Assembly: GCA_965197645.1 (NCBI GenBank)
Contig: OZ240219.1
Location: 1,792,001-1,856,000 of the forward strand
Length of the DNA stretch: 64,000 bases
Direction: 5' to 3'
Origin: Dehalococcoidia bacterium
GTDB lineage: Bacteria; Chloroflexota; Dehalococcoidia; Plut-88900
Position numbers and translations under genes: made by a program. Below are positions 28,544-38,844 of this stretch, piece by piece. Every line of letters starts with the position of its first letter. The first letter of the stretch is position 1. The notes beneath the pieces are model-generated. The model was not told the DNA's origin. It did no database searches and saw nothing but the letters and a program-made list of their open reading frames with translations.

Positions 28544-29995
28544 TTACCCGGCCCGCTCCGGCCACACCGGCTCGTTGTAGCCGAGGGGCACAGCGGGCCG
28601 AGCCCAGCGCGGGGGTGTCTCGGAGAGACGGACCACCGGTCCCAGATGGTGCAGCCGGCCCACGGGCGTATCACTGGCTATCGTCCAGCGTTCCAACTCC
28701 GCGGGAGTGAACTCCTCCGGCACGGTCTTGAGCTCGGCAGCTGGCATTTCACCCCGTTCGACGAGCCAGCGTCCGGTCTGCGCCAGGGAGACACGCACCA
28801 GCCAGCTTCCTCCCTCGCGCCAGCGACGGGCCAAGGCCACCATCGCGCCGAACGCCATCAGATAGCCGCTCAGATAGTCGATTGCCGACGCCGGATAGAA
28901 TTGGGGGCCAGGTTCATCGCCCGGGAACAGCTTCTCCTGCCGCATGGTTATGCCGCTGACCGTCTGCACCACAGTGTCGAAGCCGCGCCGCCGCGCCCAC
29001 GGCCCAACGTGTCCGAAAGCTGACAGCGAAACGTAGACGATGCCAGGCCGCAGTTGCGCCAGAGCCTCGGGCGAGAGCCCCCGCTCGTCGAGGGTCCCTG
29101 GCCGGTAGCCCTGTGAGAGTACATCGGTCTCACGGACCAATCCGAGAAGAGTCTGAAAGTCCTCCGGTTCTCGTAGGTCCAGCTGAGCGGAGAGCTTGCC
29201 GTGGCTGGTGTCGTATTCCTGGTAGCCGATGTCCGGCAGGTGCGCTCCGGTGATCTTCAGCACGTCGGCGCCGTGCTCGGCGAGGGTGCGAGCACAGGTC
29301 GGCCCGGCGAGGACCCGCGTCAGGTCGAGCACCCGGATGCCCGACAACGGCCGGTCCCCGTCAGGGAGCCTTTCGGGCGGACTATCGCCTATCTTGACTA
29401 TCTCCATCAACGGCAACGAGGCGATTGCCGCTGCCTGCGGGTGCCGTGACCATTCCTCCATGGTACGGACCATGCCCCCGGCGCCCTTTGCGGCGATGAT
29501 CGCTTCCTCCAGCTCCAGGGCGTCCCAGTTCGCCACCGCCGCCCGTACCGCATCGCGGTCGTTTGGCACGTCGAGCACCTCGAGGGCTGCGGCAAGATGA
29601 TTGGGGAATTTGCAGTGGAGGTAGCTCCAACGGCCGTTCCTGGCTGGATAGACGCCCATTACCGCGTCGCTCTCCATCGGTGCGGGCGTCTCGTCCATCC
29701 GTAGGTATTGCCCACTTCTCAGCGAGGCGGTCGCCTGCCGGGTATCGACCGCGATCCCCTGGCGACGCCCTGTGCGTAAATGCCACAGATCGGAGACGGC
29801 AAGGCCGACCGCCGCTAGCGTGGCTGCACTGGTCTCACCGAAGCGGAAGGGTGTTGGCAGTATCGGATCGGTACCACCGGAGATTTCGACGGTGAGGGCG
29901 TTCTGTTCAGGCCAACCGGCGAAGGGTAATAGCGTGCGCAAAGCATCATTGATCATGATCGAAACCCGTCCCTTCATAACCCGAGGTGCACTCAT
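28544..29995 (-). CDS. Class III CoA-transferase
   Basis: PLSGIRVLDLTRVLAGPTCARTLAEHGADVL, QGYRPG, RRGFD. Confidence 0.9.
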   Translation of the reverse strand: MSAPRVMKGRVSIMINDALRTLLPFAGWPEQNALTVEISGGTDPILPTPFRFGETSAATLAAVGLAVSDLWHLRTGRRQGIAVDTRQATASLRSGQYLRMDETPAPMESDAVMGVYPARNGRWSYLHCKFPNHLAAALEVLDVPNDRDAVRAAVANWDALELEEAIIAAKGAGGMVRTMEEWSRHPQAAAIASLPLMEIVKIGDSPPERLPDGDRPLSGIRVLDLTRVLAGPTCARTLAEHGADVLKITGAHLPDIGYQEYDTSHGKLSAQLDLREPEDFQTLLGLVRETDVLSQGYRPGTLDERGLSPEALAQLRPGIVYVSLSAFGHVGPWARRRGFDTVVQTVSGITMRQEKLFPGDEPGPQFYPASAIDYLSGYLMAFGAMVALARRWREGGSWLVRVSLAQTGRWLVERGEMPAAELKTVPEEFTPAELERWTIASDTPVGRLHHLGPVVRLSETPPRWARPAVPLGYNEPVWPERAG

Positions 29996-30148
29996 CCCAG
30001 CGGATCACTCAATTTTACCCCGGTTGTGAATGTCGGGCGACCGGCCTGACAAGTCCGTTGACCTCTTTGCTCGCATCTGTTGGAATGTGCTATGCTCGCA
30101 ATCGGATCATCCTGGAAGTGTTGGCGATAAGACGCGGGGAGGTTCAGC

Positions 30149-31537
30149 ATGCCCGTACAGAGATTCAAGCCCATGATGAAGGACTACCCGACCTTCGATT
30201 GCGATGCCCACGTAGTTGAGCCGGCCAAGCTGTGGGAGAGAGCGGAAGACCACCTCACCAGGGACGAGCTGGAAGCGCTGAAAGCCACCATGTGGTACGA
30301 CTCCGAGCGCAAGCAGCTGATTATCAACGGGAAGACCAACGTAGCCCAGTTCTTCCCGGAACCGGCAGTTGGTCCCGGAACTATGGATATCGTCAGGCTG
30401 GCGGGGCCCGGCCTAAATCATGACGTCCAGCGGGCCCTGAATGTGCGCAACCTCGACCCCGAAACTGCCCTCAGTCAGGAGCAGTCGGAGTATCTGGCCC
30501 ATAGAGGAGCCGAGGAGCCTCAACCTCGGCTTCGGGATATGGATGTCCAGGGCATCGACCAGGTGATGTTGATCCCCACCTGCATAGATGACTATCCCTG
30601 GCTGCAGAACGCCGTCGGGGCCCGGGCCATGTGCAAGGCCTACAACGAGTGGGCCTACGAATACTGCCAGGAAGACCCGGAGCGTCTTTTCTTCGCCGCT
30701 CTCGTCCCCATGCAAAGCCCCCAGTTCGCCATAGAGGAGATATACCGGGTGGCGGCCCAGGGTTGCAGGGTAGCCTTGGTCCGCCCCATGGACGCCATGG
30801 GCAACTATCCCCTTCAGCCCAAGTATGAGCCGGTCTGGGATGCCCTGGAGGACACGGGCGTGGTCTACGGCATGCACCCCTTCGCGGCCTTCGGCGTGTC
30901 CAAATTGCCGGGCTACTCCGAGCAGTACTCGGCGGCGGAGATGATCGATCTGGCTATGACCAGGTCCGATCTCCCTCATACCTTCCTGGGGAACGTCCAG
31001 GCATTCCAGGCCGAGGCAGGTCTCTGGGTTACCATGGTGCTGCTCTCGGGCCTCTTCGAGCGCCGGCCCGGAATAAATGCCGCCGTGTTCGAGGCGTCCT
31101 CCACCTGGCTCAGCTTCCTGCTGGATGAGTGCGACAAGATCTACAAGCTGAACCGAAATGATCGCCGGATGCCTCCTTTGAAGCAGCTTCCCAGCGAGAC
31201 CTTCTTCGAGCATTGCGTCACCGGCTTCGAGGGCGATGAGGCGCCGCCGTCTCGCTTCCCCGAGTTCTATCGGGACATCCTAGCCTGGGCCTCGGACGTC
31301 TATCACCATGACGGCGACGACGCCTGGCGGGCCCTCGATACGATGCTGCAGTGCGAGCTGCCCGTAGAAGACCAGGCCAAGTTCCTGGGTGGCAACGCCC
31401 GCCGTCTTTACAACATCGAGCCGCCCAAGAGCTTCATCCGTGAACGGGTAACCGAGATCGAACGGCCCGACTGGTGGCCCACCGAGGAGGAGATCAAAGA
31501 CGCTCTCAGAGCGGAGGCTTCCGTCCCAAGTCGGTAG
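30149..31537 (+). CDS. Amidohydrolase_2 family protein (LigW/ACMSD-like fold)
   Basis: FDCDAHVVEP, DMDVQGID, AYNEW, MHP, EASSTW, WASDVYH, LGGNARRLY. Confidence 0.87.
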   Translation: MPVQRFKPMMKDYPTFDCDAHVVEPAKLWERAEDHLTRDELEALKATMWYDSERKQLIINGKTNVAQFFPEPAVGPGTMDIVRLAGPGLNHDVQRALNVRNLDPETALSQEQSEYLAHRGAEEPQPRLRDMDVQGIDQVMLIPTCIDDYPWLQNAVGARAMCKAYNEWAYEYCQEDPERLFFAALVPMQSPQFAIEEIYRVAAQGCRVALVRPMDAMGNYPLQPKYEPVWDALEDTGVVYGMHPFAAFGVSKLPGYSEQYSAAEMIDLAMTRSDLPHTFLGNVQAFQAEAGLWVTMVLLSGLFERRPGINAAVFEASSTWLSFLLDECDKIYKLNRNDRRMPPLKQLPSETFFEHCVTGFEGDEAPPSRFPEFYRDILAWASDVYHHDGDDAWRALDTMLQCELPVEDQAKFLGGNARRLYNIEPPKSFIRERVTEIERPDWWPTEEEIKDALRAEASVPSR

Positions 31538-31586
31538 TCAGAGAGCGTAAGGGGAGACTGGGAATGAGCTCCCGGAGAGAGGGGTA

Positions 31587-32882
31587 ATGACCTCGAAGAA
31601 GCGCTTTGCAGTCTTTGACGCCGACTCCCACGTCGTAGAGCCTCGCGATGTCTGGGAGCGGTACCTAGAGCCCGAGTACCGCACCCTGGGCAAACACGCC
31701 TTGTGGAGAGAGGAAGGAAAGACCACTTCCTACCTCAAAGTCAACGGCGAAGTGTTCCGAGACACCGGGAACCCCAACATCCCCCGATATGCCATATGGC
31801 GGCCCGGCACTACCTGGGAGGAGATAGGGCAGCTGGACCCGGATGTCCGCCATCCCAAGAACGAGGGCGCCTGGGACCCTCGGGCCCGGCTCGCCGACAT
31901 GGACGCAATGGGGGTGGACCAGGCGTTTCTCTACCCCACCTGGTTCGCCGAAGGCTTTCACCTGGTGAAAGACCCGGACGTGGCTTACGCCCTGGCGAGG
32001 GCCTACAACGACTGGATAGCCGATTTCTGCGAGGCGGGTCCGGACAGGCTCTACGCCGCAGGCATGCTGCCCCTCCAGAACATGGACTTCGCACTGGAGG
32101 AGCTGCATCGAGTATCTGAGATCCCCTGCTTCCGCGGCGCTTTCGTCCGCCCCATGTTCATAGAGGGGCGCTATTTTACGCATTCCTACTACGATCCGTT
32201 GTGGGCGGAACTGGAAGAGCTCGGCGTCGCGGCTGCCGTTCATCCCACGTCCGGCCTGTGGAACCCTGAGTGGACCTCTCACGGCCCGTTCTTCGAAAAG
32301 ATCAGCCGCCGGATAGTTCAAGACGGTATAGCGGGCAATGCCGGTGGAGGACCCTTTGCAGGCGGAGGCACCAGCGAAAACCTGGCAATCGATGGGGCAG
32401 GAGAGCGATTGGGACACCCCATATCGCCTGTTCTTTCTCCCTGGCTCGACAACCACATGTTCGTCGCAGCCACACTGATCGGCTTTACGGTGATGCAGCG
32501 ATACCCGGATATGAAGGTAGTCGTGGCCCACGGCAAGGCCTCCTGGATGGAGGAGGTCCTGGAGAAGATGGAGGCCTCGACCAAGACCATACCTCTGATC
32601 CACCACCATCCCGTGCGTACCGATCCGGAGGAGATGTGGAAAGAGGGACATGTGATGCTGGGGTTCGACGCTGAGGAACGGCTGATACAGCGGCTGCCGG
32701 AACGGTTCGAGCAACACATCGTCTGGGGCTCCCGCTACCCCAACGATGACACCACCAGCGCCTGGGACGCCATCAAGGCCCTGTCCGAGGCAGACGTGGA
32801 GGAGCCTACTATAGCTCGCACCCTCGGCCGCAACGCCGCCAAGCAGTTCGGAATCGAGCTGGAACAAAAAGTCGGCGTCTAA
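31587..32882 (+). CDS. Amidohydrolase_2 family protein with a divergent active site
   Basis: FDADSHVVEP, DMDAMGVD, AYNDW, VHP, WGSRYP, LGRNAA. Confidence 0.85.
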   Translation: MTSKKRFAVFDADSHVVEPRDVWERYLEPEYRTLGKHALWREEGKTTSYLKVNGEVFRDTGNPNIPRYAIWRPGTTWEEIGQLDPDVRHPKNEGAWDPRARLADMDAMGVDQAFLYPTWFAEGFHLVKDPDVAYALARAYNDWIADFCEAGPDRLYAAGMLPLQNMDFALEELHRVSEIPCFRGAFVRPMFIEGRYFTHSYYDPLWAELEELGVAAAVHPTSGLWNPEWTSHGPFFEKISRRIVQDGIAGNAGGGPFAGGGTSENLAIDGAGERLGHPISPVLSPWLDNHMFVAATLIGFTVMQRYPDMKVVVAHGKASWMEEVLEKMEASTKTIPLIHHHPVRTDPEEMWKEGHVMLGFDAEERLIQRLPERFEQHIVWGSRYPNDDTTSAWDAIKALSEADVEEPTIARTLGRNAAKQFGIELEQKVGV

Positions 32883-33348
32883 CAGCCTCCCACCTTATCG
32901 CCTGTTACACCCCCCTGTCGGGGCGAGGCCTCGGGACATCTTTCCCTTGGCGGTACATCCAAGTCCGGGGACACAACCGACTGAGGCGCTGCTGAACTTG
33001 TCGGGTGTGGCATAATATACCTATCGTTCCTGCGAGGGCTTCACGACGAGTTGCAAGATTTGCCGGAAGCCCTCAGTGGTTTATCACTCCCAGACAGCAA
33101 CATAGATATCGGCTGTTTTGTGGCCCTACGGGCTATTGCATAGACGCCGAAGAGAGCGGTCCTCCCACACGTAGCCTTTCACCCTGACGGCTGAGCTTTA
33201 CCGTTGTCTATAGGGCAACAGTCGGTAGGGGACTGCTTTACCACCCATACAGGCTTTCCAGTTGTAACCGGAGCACCTGTACCACGCTCTTTCACAATAG
33301 CGGTCCGTTTACCTTGAGTATGGCATCAGTCCGACAGAACCTCTTCCC

Positions 33349-36300
33349 ATGAGCGAGCATCTGACAGTTAGAGGATCTCCAGCCCGTCGGTCTCTTCTAG
33401 ACCGCGGAAGCCGGCTGCGGCTCCTTGTCCTCAAGATGCAGGACCAGGGGCTCTACCTGCTCTTCCTGGTCCCGGTGGCCCTGCTTCTGACCTTCTTCTT
33501 CATCATCCCCCTCTACGACATCCTGGTCGGCAGCTTTATAGAAGACGGCTGCTTTACGACTCAGTTCTTCGAGTGGGCCATCTTCGACAACGATAACCAA
33601 AGGGCGGCTCGCATCACCTTCGAGCTGGCCGTCACCACCACCCTGTGCTGTCTCGTTCTGGGCTATCCCGTCGCCTACTACCTCGCCACCCGAAAAGGCA
33701 GGTGGCGCAATGTGGTACTGGCGATAGTCATCTTCTCCTTCTTGACCAACATCATCGCCGAGACCTTCTCCTGGAGAATAACCCTGGGGAGACAGGGGCC
33801 CATAAACGAGGCTCTCCAGCTGCTGCCCGTGATAGATGAACCCTTCGATCTGGTCTTCAACCGTGTCTCCACAATAGTGGCCATGGTCCAGTCCTTCCTC
33901 CCCTTCATGATCCTGCCCCTCTTTGCCGTCATGCGCGGCATACCTAACAGCCTGTTGTCGGTAGCCCAGAGCCTGGGGGCCAGTCCCTTCCGAAGCTTCC
34001 TGCGGGTGTTCCTGCCTCTGAGCATGCCGGGCGTGGCCACCGGATCGATTCTCGTGCTGATCCTGAGCGCCGGCACCTTCATAGCGCCAACTCTGGTGGG
34101 CAACTGGCCCATGGACCACGGACTCTCCAGCTTGATAGACGACTCCGACGGGTACACCATGGCCTTAACCATGCTCCTGCTGGGAGCTATCGTGGTTGTC
34201 TACCTGGGGTTCGCACGGTTCGTAGGTTTTGGCAGCCTGTACAAGGCCGGCGATGCGCTAATGCACTCCACGTCGGGATGGAGCTCCCATCCCAGTCCTC
34301 GTCGATGGGTGGTCTCCGCCGTCGTTGCTTTCACCTCCCTATTCCTCCTCGTTCCCATCCTGGTCATCGTCCCCCTGTCCTTCAACCAGCAGAGGTTCGC
34401 CTACTTCCCCATTCAGGATTACAACCTCCGGTGGATCAAGAACTTCTTCACGGGCGCCGACACCGGCACCGACTGGACCGGCTCGGCCATCTCCAGTCTG
34501 GAGGTAGCCGTACTGGCGGTCGTGGTGACCGTGCCCCTTGCGGTTCTCTTCTCCTACGGCTTGCTGCGAGGCCGGTTCCCCGGAAAGGCGACGGCCAGCG
34601 CCATCATTCTGGCTCCTCTGGTGATCCCCAGCACAGTGATAGGTCTGGCTCTTTGGATCTTCTACGCCGACCACCTGGAGTTCTTGATGGGTACGATCCC
34701 GGGGCTCGCCGTGCCCCACGCTGTGCTGGCCCTTCCTTATGCCATTCTGATTCTCGGTGTGGCCTTCCGCTCCTTGGACCATGTCCATGAGCAAGCGGCG
34801 GTGAGCCTGGGCGCCAACCGATGGACGGTGCTGCGCCGGATAGTCCTACCCCAGGTCCTGCCTGGGCTGGTCATAGCCGGCCTGTTCACCTTCCTCGTCT
34901 CCCTGGACGAGGTCGTCATCGGGTTGTGGCTGGCCGTTCCTGGCGGCTTCCGTACCCTGCCGATGAACCTGTGGAATGGAGTGACCGCCGAGTTCGCTCC
35001 GATGATGGCAGTGGTCTCCACCCTCGTGATAGTCGGCGCGGCGATAGTGCTCCTGGCCGCATCCTACTTGAGGGGGCGACTGACGGTCCAGCGACAATCA
35101 CCCGATGTTTTAGCTATGGCCGTGAGAAAGGTTGCCTTCGTTCTGGCTAGAATATCCAGCGCTGAGTTGAGGGTTCCCTTTATCGCCACCCTGAAGAGGC
35201 AGGCCTTCTACCTCGCTCTGGTCCTTCCGGCTCTGGCCTTGCTGATCGTCTTTCTCGTCCTGCCCCTAATCGAAGTGCTGGACCAGACCTTCTTGAGGCA
35301 CGGGCTCCCCGGTGGACTGGCCTTCTCCATCAGATATCTGGACGAGGGCTTGAGGTATGGTATCTACCCGGACGTCTGGCGAACCACCTTTTCCCTCGCC
35401 GGGACTACGGTGCTGGGCTGTCTACTTCTGGGGTATCCCGTGGCCTACTACCTCGCCACTTCCTCCGGATGGCGCCGCACCATCGTCACCGCGATGGTGT
35501 TCATCCCCTTCATAACCAGCCTGATCGCCCAGCTTCACGCCTGGCGGATAGTCATGGGAAGGAATGGACCGGTCAACGACGTACTCCAGTATCTCTGGTT
35601 CGTCGATGAACCCTTCGACCTGCTATTCACACCCGGTGCGGTGCACGTAGCCATGATTCAGGTGTTCCTCCCATTTATGATTCTGCCCCTGTATGCGGTC
35701 ATGCGAGGAATCCCTCGCAGTCTCACCGTCATTGCCGAGGGCCTGGGCGCCTCCCCGCTGCAGGCCTTCTTCAGGGTTTTCCTACCCTTGACCCTGCCGG
35801 GAGCGTTGGCCGGAGCGGTGCTGGTTTTCAGCCTGAGCGCCGGTTCCGTGGTGATACCGGAGACCCTGGGCTCCTTGCTGGACCCCAACCACGATAGGAC
35901 CATCGCTTCCTTCATCGACGGCAGCGGCCCCTTCAACGCCGGCCGGGCTGTCCTTCTCCTATTGTTCATCCTGGTGCCCTACCTGGTCTTCACCCGGTAC
36001 ATAGGCTTTCAACCCCTGTATCAGATAGGTAACCTGCTCACCCACTCGGCCTCGGCCCCTGATCAAAGACGGGGGCGTTACAGGTTCCTGTTGACCATCG
36101 GAGCCGCCGCGGTCTGCGTTTTTCTTCTGCTGCCCAGCCTGATCGTGGTGCCCATGGCGTTCAACAGGAGTCGATACTACTTCTTTCCCCCCAACAACTA
36201 CAGCCTGAAATGGATCGCCAATTTCTTCACGGGCAAGGAGAGCCCCACCGACTGGATAGGCCCGACCCTAACCAGCGCCGAGGTGGCAGGTCTGGCCGTA

Positions 36301-36873
36301 TTGGTCTCGTTGACTCTGGGTGGCCTTCTTTCCTATGCCCTGGTGAGGGGCAGGTTCCCCGGCAGGGGGTTTATCAGCGCGGTCGCCCTCATTCCTCTGA
36401 TCGTGCCCTCGGTGCTGTTTGCCGCCAGCCTCTACTTCTTCTATTCGGATGGTTGGGACTTCCTGATAGGCTCGGTGGCCGGACTGGTGATGCCCCACGC
36501 CATGCTCGCCCTACCCTTTGTTGTACTGATCCTAAACGCCACCCTCCGCAGCGCCGACGAGGTGCAGGAATTTGCCGCTATGACCCTGGGCGCCAACCGA
36601 TTTACCGCCTTTCGTCGAGTGATCCTTCCTCAAATCTACCCGGGCATCATCGTTGCCGCAGTCTTTGCCTTCCTGGTCTCCTTCAACGAGGTTATCATCG
36701 CCTTTTGGCTGAAGGCCCCCGGCTTCGAGACCCTGCCCACCATGATGTGGATCGGCACCTCCGCCGAATACGATCCGATGATGCCGGCGGTGTCGACGCT
36801 CTTGCTCCTGATGGTACTGGCTGCCTTCTTGGTTGTGGCCGGTTTCCGCAAGCTCCTGGTCAGAGGACAATGA
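33349..36873 (+). CDS. Polyamine/opine-type ABC transporter permease with four fused TMDs (PotB-PotC-PotB-PotC)
   Basis: LGYPVAYYLA and FLPFMILPL.AVM each occur twice; four EAA-like loops (AQSLGASP, AVSLGANR, AEGLGASP, AMTLGANR). Confidence 0.88.
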   Translation: MSEHLTVRGSPARRSLLDRGSRLRLLVLKMQDQGLYLLFLVPVALLLTFFFIIPLYDILVGSFIEDGCFTTQFFEWAIFDNDNQRAARITFELAVTTTLCCLVLGYPVAYYLATRKGRWRNVVLAIVIFSFLTNIIAETFSWRITLGRQGPINEALQLLPVIDEPFDLVFNRVSTIVAMVQSFLPFMILPLFAVMRGIPNSLLSVAQSLGASPFRSFLRVFLPLSMPGVATGSILVLILSAGTFIAPTLVGNWPMDHGLSSLIDDSDGYTMALTMLLLGAIVVVYLGFARFVGFGSLYKAGDALMHSTSGWSSHPSPRRWVVSAVVAFTSLFLLVPILVIVPLSFNQQRFAYFPIQDYNLRWIKNFFTGADTGTDWTGSAISSLEVAVLAVVVTVPLAVLFSYGLLRGRFPGKATASAIILAPLVIPSTVIGLALWIFYADHLEFLMGTIPGLAVPHAVLALPYAILILGVAFRSLDHVHEQAAVSLGANRWTVLRRIVLPQVLPGLVIAGLFTFLVSLDEVVIGLWLAVPGGFRTLPMNLWNGVTAEFAPMMAVVSTLVIVGAAIVLLAASYLRGRLTVQRQSPDVLAMAVRKVAFVLARISSAELRVPFIATLKRQAFYLALVLPALALLIVFLVLPLIEVLDQTFLRHGLPGGLAFSIRYLDEGLRYGIYPDVWRTTFSLAGTTVLGCLLLGYPVAYYLATSSGWRRTIVTAMVFIPFITSLIAQLHAWRIVMGRNGPVNDVLQYLWFVDEPFDLLFTPGAVHVAMIQVFLPFMILPLYAVMRGIPRSLTVIAEGLGASPLQAFFRVFLPLTLPGALAGAVLVFSLSAGSVVIPETLGSLLDPNHDRTIASFIDGSGPFNAGRAVLLLLFILVPYLVFTRYIGFQPLYQIGNLLTHSASAPDQRRGRYRFLLTIGAAAVCVFLLLPSLIVVPMAFNRSRYYFFPPNNYSLKWIANFFTGKESPTDWIGPTLTSAEVAGLAVLVSLTLGGLLSYALVRGRFPGRGFISAVALIPLIVPSVLFAASLYFFYSDGWDFLIGSVAGLVMPHAMLALPFVVLILNATLRSADEVQEFAAMTLGANRFTAFRRVILPQIYPGIIVAAVFAFLVSFNEVIIAFWLKAPGFETLPTMMWIGTSAEYDPMMPAVSTLLLLMVLAAFLVVAGFRKLLVRGQ

Positions 36874-36927
36874 GCTTAGAGCTTCCAGCTTTTCTGGTTA
36901 GACAGCCTGACCGCAGAAGAGGCGTTC

Positions 36928-36956
36928 TTGACGAGAGCCGCCTCTTCTCCTATAAT
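36928..36956 (+). promoter_or_regulatory. Sigma70 promoter for the solute-binding lipoprotein gene
   Basis: TTGACG-17bp-TATAAT, embedded in the inverted repeat AGAAGAGGCG/CGCCTCTTCT. Confidence 0.6.
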
Positions 36957-37220
36957 TTTCCGTTAATTGAGAAAAAAGTAACTATCGAATTGGTGATTAC
37001 TTTAGGGCTGGCTATTCGTTATTAGTCTTAAGAGCAGATATAGTTCGACGCAGGAGAACACCCAACCGGAAACGCTTGTTCCTGCAGACAACAACTCCCC
37101 CACTTTTATCCCGGGTGAATGGAGGTACTGTTTGGCCGTAACATGAAACAATCAGAGGTGCCAGCTCTCGCTGGCGCCGTACACCGAAACCAATCGATTG
37201 AGATTCAGGAGGTCCACAAA

Positions 37221-38663
37221 TTGAAACTACGTAAAGCGATAACCCGGCGGCGGGTACTGATTGGTATGGCAAGCATACTGATAGTGCTAATGCTTGTCGC
37301 CGCTGCTTGTGGTGAGGCTGCCACGCCCGAGCCGACCGAGGAGGTAATGGAAGCCACACCCGAGCCGACTGAAGAAGTGATGGAAGACGACGCCATGGAC
37401 GATGATGCCATGGACGACACCGCTATGGAAGACGACGCCATGGACGATGACGCCATGGACGACGCCGCTATGGAAGATGATGCCATGGACGACGCCATGG
37501 ACGACACCGCTATGGAAGATGACGCCATGGACGACACCGCTATGGAAGATGATGCCATGGTCGGAATGCGTGGTCCTGACCAGTGGACGGTTGAAGAGCC
37601 TGCCACCAGGGCTGAAATCGAAGCCGAGTTGGAGAAGTTCCGAGGCGATAGCTTCGTGTTCGTGTCCTGGGGCGGCGCCTACCAGGCAGCCCAGCGGCAG
37701 GCCTACATCGTCCCCTTCGAGGCACAGTTCGGAATTGACGTGATCGAAGAGAGCGTGCCCACGGCCGCCAAGACCAGGGCCATGGTGGAGACGGAAAACA
37801 TCGAATGGCACGTCATTGACAACGGTACAGCCGGCGCCTTTCAGCTAGCCCTCTCGGGAGACCTGGAAGAGTTGGACTTCAGCATAATCGACACCCGGGA
37901 CTTCCTGTCAGTGGTCCAGGCCCCTTGGTTCGGCGGCGGTGGCATCACTTGGTCCACCGTACTGGCCTACAACACTGATACCTACCCCAACGGACTGCCC
38001 GACATGTCGGCCTACTACGACACCGAGAGATACCCGGGCCGCAGAGGCTGGGCTTACTACAGCGATCACGAGGAGGTCTTTGTACTCCTGGGTGATGACC
38101 CCTCCATTCTGGACACTGCAGAGGGCAGGGCCAGCCTGGCAACCCTGACAGACGATCAGATGGACCGTGCCTACGAGCTGTTCGAACAGCACAAAGACCA
38201 GATAAGCCTCTTCTGGCAAACCGGTTCCGACTGTCCGCAGTTGCTGATCAGCGGCGAGTTGGACATGTGCACCGCCTGGAACGGGCGGATCTACGATGCT
38301 CAGAAAGAGGGCGCCCCGCTGGCAATATGCTGGCACTGCGGCCACCAGTTGAACACAGACGTGTGGTACATCCCCAGGGGCCTGTCTACTCAGGACCCCG
38401 ACAAGTTCTACCTGGCCCAGCTGTTCATGGCCTGGACCTCCTTCCCGGAGATCAATGCCGATGTCAGCCAGTTCATTACCTACGGGCCGGTCAACATCAA
38501 GTCACTCTCTTACCTGGATGCTCCTGAGTTTGACGCGGTACGGGATGAGCTCCCGTCATCGCCCGCTAACATCCAGTACGCCATCCTGTACGACGAGAAG
38601 TGGGGCGGTGAGGTTGCAGACGCTCGCTACGAGCGCTACCTCGAGTGGCAGCAGGGACTGTAG
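37221..38663 (+). CDS. PotD/PotF-like extracellular solute-binding lipoprotein with an Asp/Met-rich linker
   Basis: RBS CAGGAGG + TTG 37221; TRRRVL and lipobox AAAC; VSWGGAYQAAQ, YPGRRG, AWNGRI. Confidence 0.88.
   Translation: MKLRKAITRRRVLIGMASILIVLMLVAAACGEAATPEPTEEVMEATPEPTEEVMEDDAMDDDAMDDTAMEDDAMDDDAMDDAAMEDDAMDDAMDDTAMEDDAMDDTAMEDDAMVGMRGPDQWTVEEPATRAEIEAELEKFRGDSFVFVSWGGAYQAAQRQAYIVPFEAQFGIDVIEESVPTAAKTRAMVETENIEWHVIDNGTAGAFQLALSGDLEELDFSIIDTRDFLSVVQAPWFGGGGITWSTVLAYNTDTYPNGLPDMSAYYDTERYPGRRGWAYYSDHEEVFVLLGDDPSILDTAEGRASLATLTDDQMDRAYELFEQHKDQISLFWQTGSDCPQLLISGELDMCTAWNGRIYDAQKEGAPLAICWHCGHQLNTDVWYIPRGLSTQDPDKFYLAQLFMAWTSFPEINADVSQFITYGPVNIKSLSYLDAPEFDAVRDELPSSPANIQYAILYDEKWGGEVADARYERYLEWQQGL
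37380..37559 (+). repeat. Coding ~15-bp tandem repeat encoding (D/E)DD(A/T)AM-type units
   Basis: About a dozen GA(C/T)GA(C/T)GCCATG / GACACCGCTATG units. Confidence 0.9.
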
Positions 38664-38700
38664 GCTTGCTAATCGGATAACCTAGGAATAGCCGAAACTT

Positions 38701-38738
38701 AAGAGGGGCCGCCCTTCTACGGAAGGGCGGCCCCTCTT
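38701..38738 (+). terminator. Intrinsic terminator-like hairpin after the SBP gene
   Basis: AAGAGGGGCCGCCCTTC-TACG-GAAGGGCGGCCCCTCTT followed by GTTT. Confidence 0.8.
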
Positions 38739-38844
38739 GTTTATGCAAGCTCGTCGATGCATCGGCTTGATGCCCCATCCCTCAGGTGATAGCCTACACA
38801 CGCACGGCCCCACAAATCCGATGAGCTAGAATGCGAGAAAAGCC

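Noticed and set aside
37380-37559. Short repeat array resembling CRISPR or iterons
   Set aside because: In-frame coding low-complexity repeat without spacers
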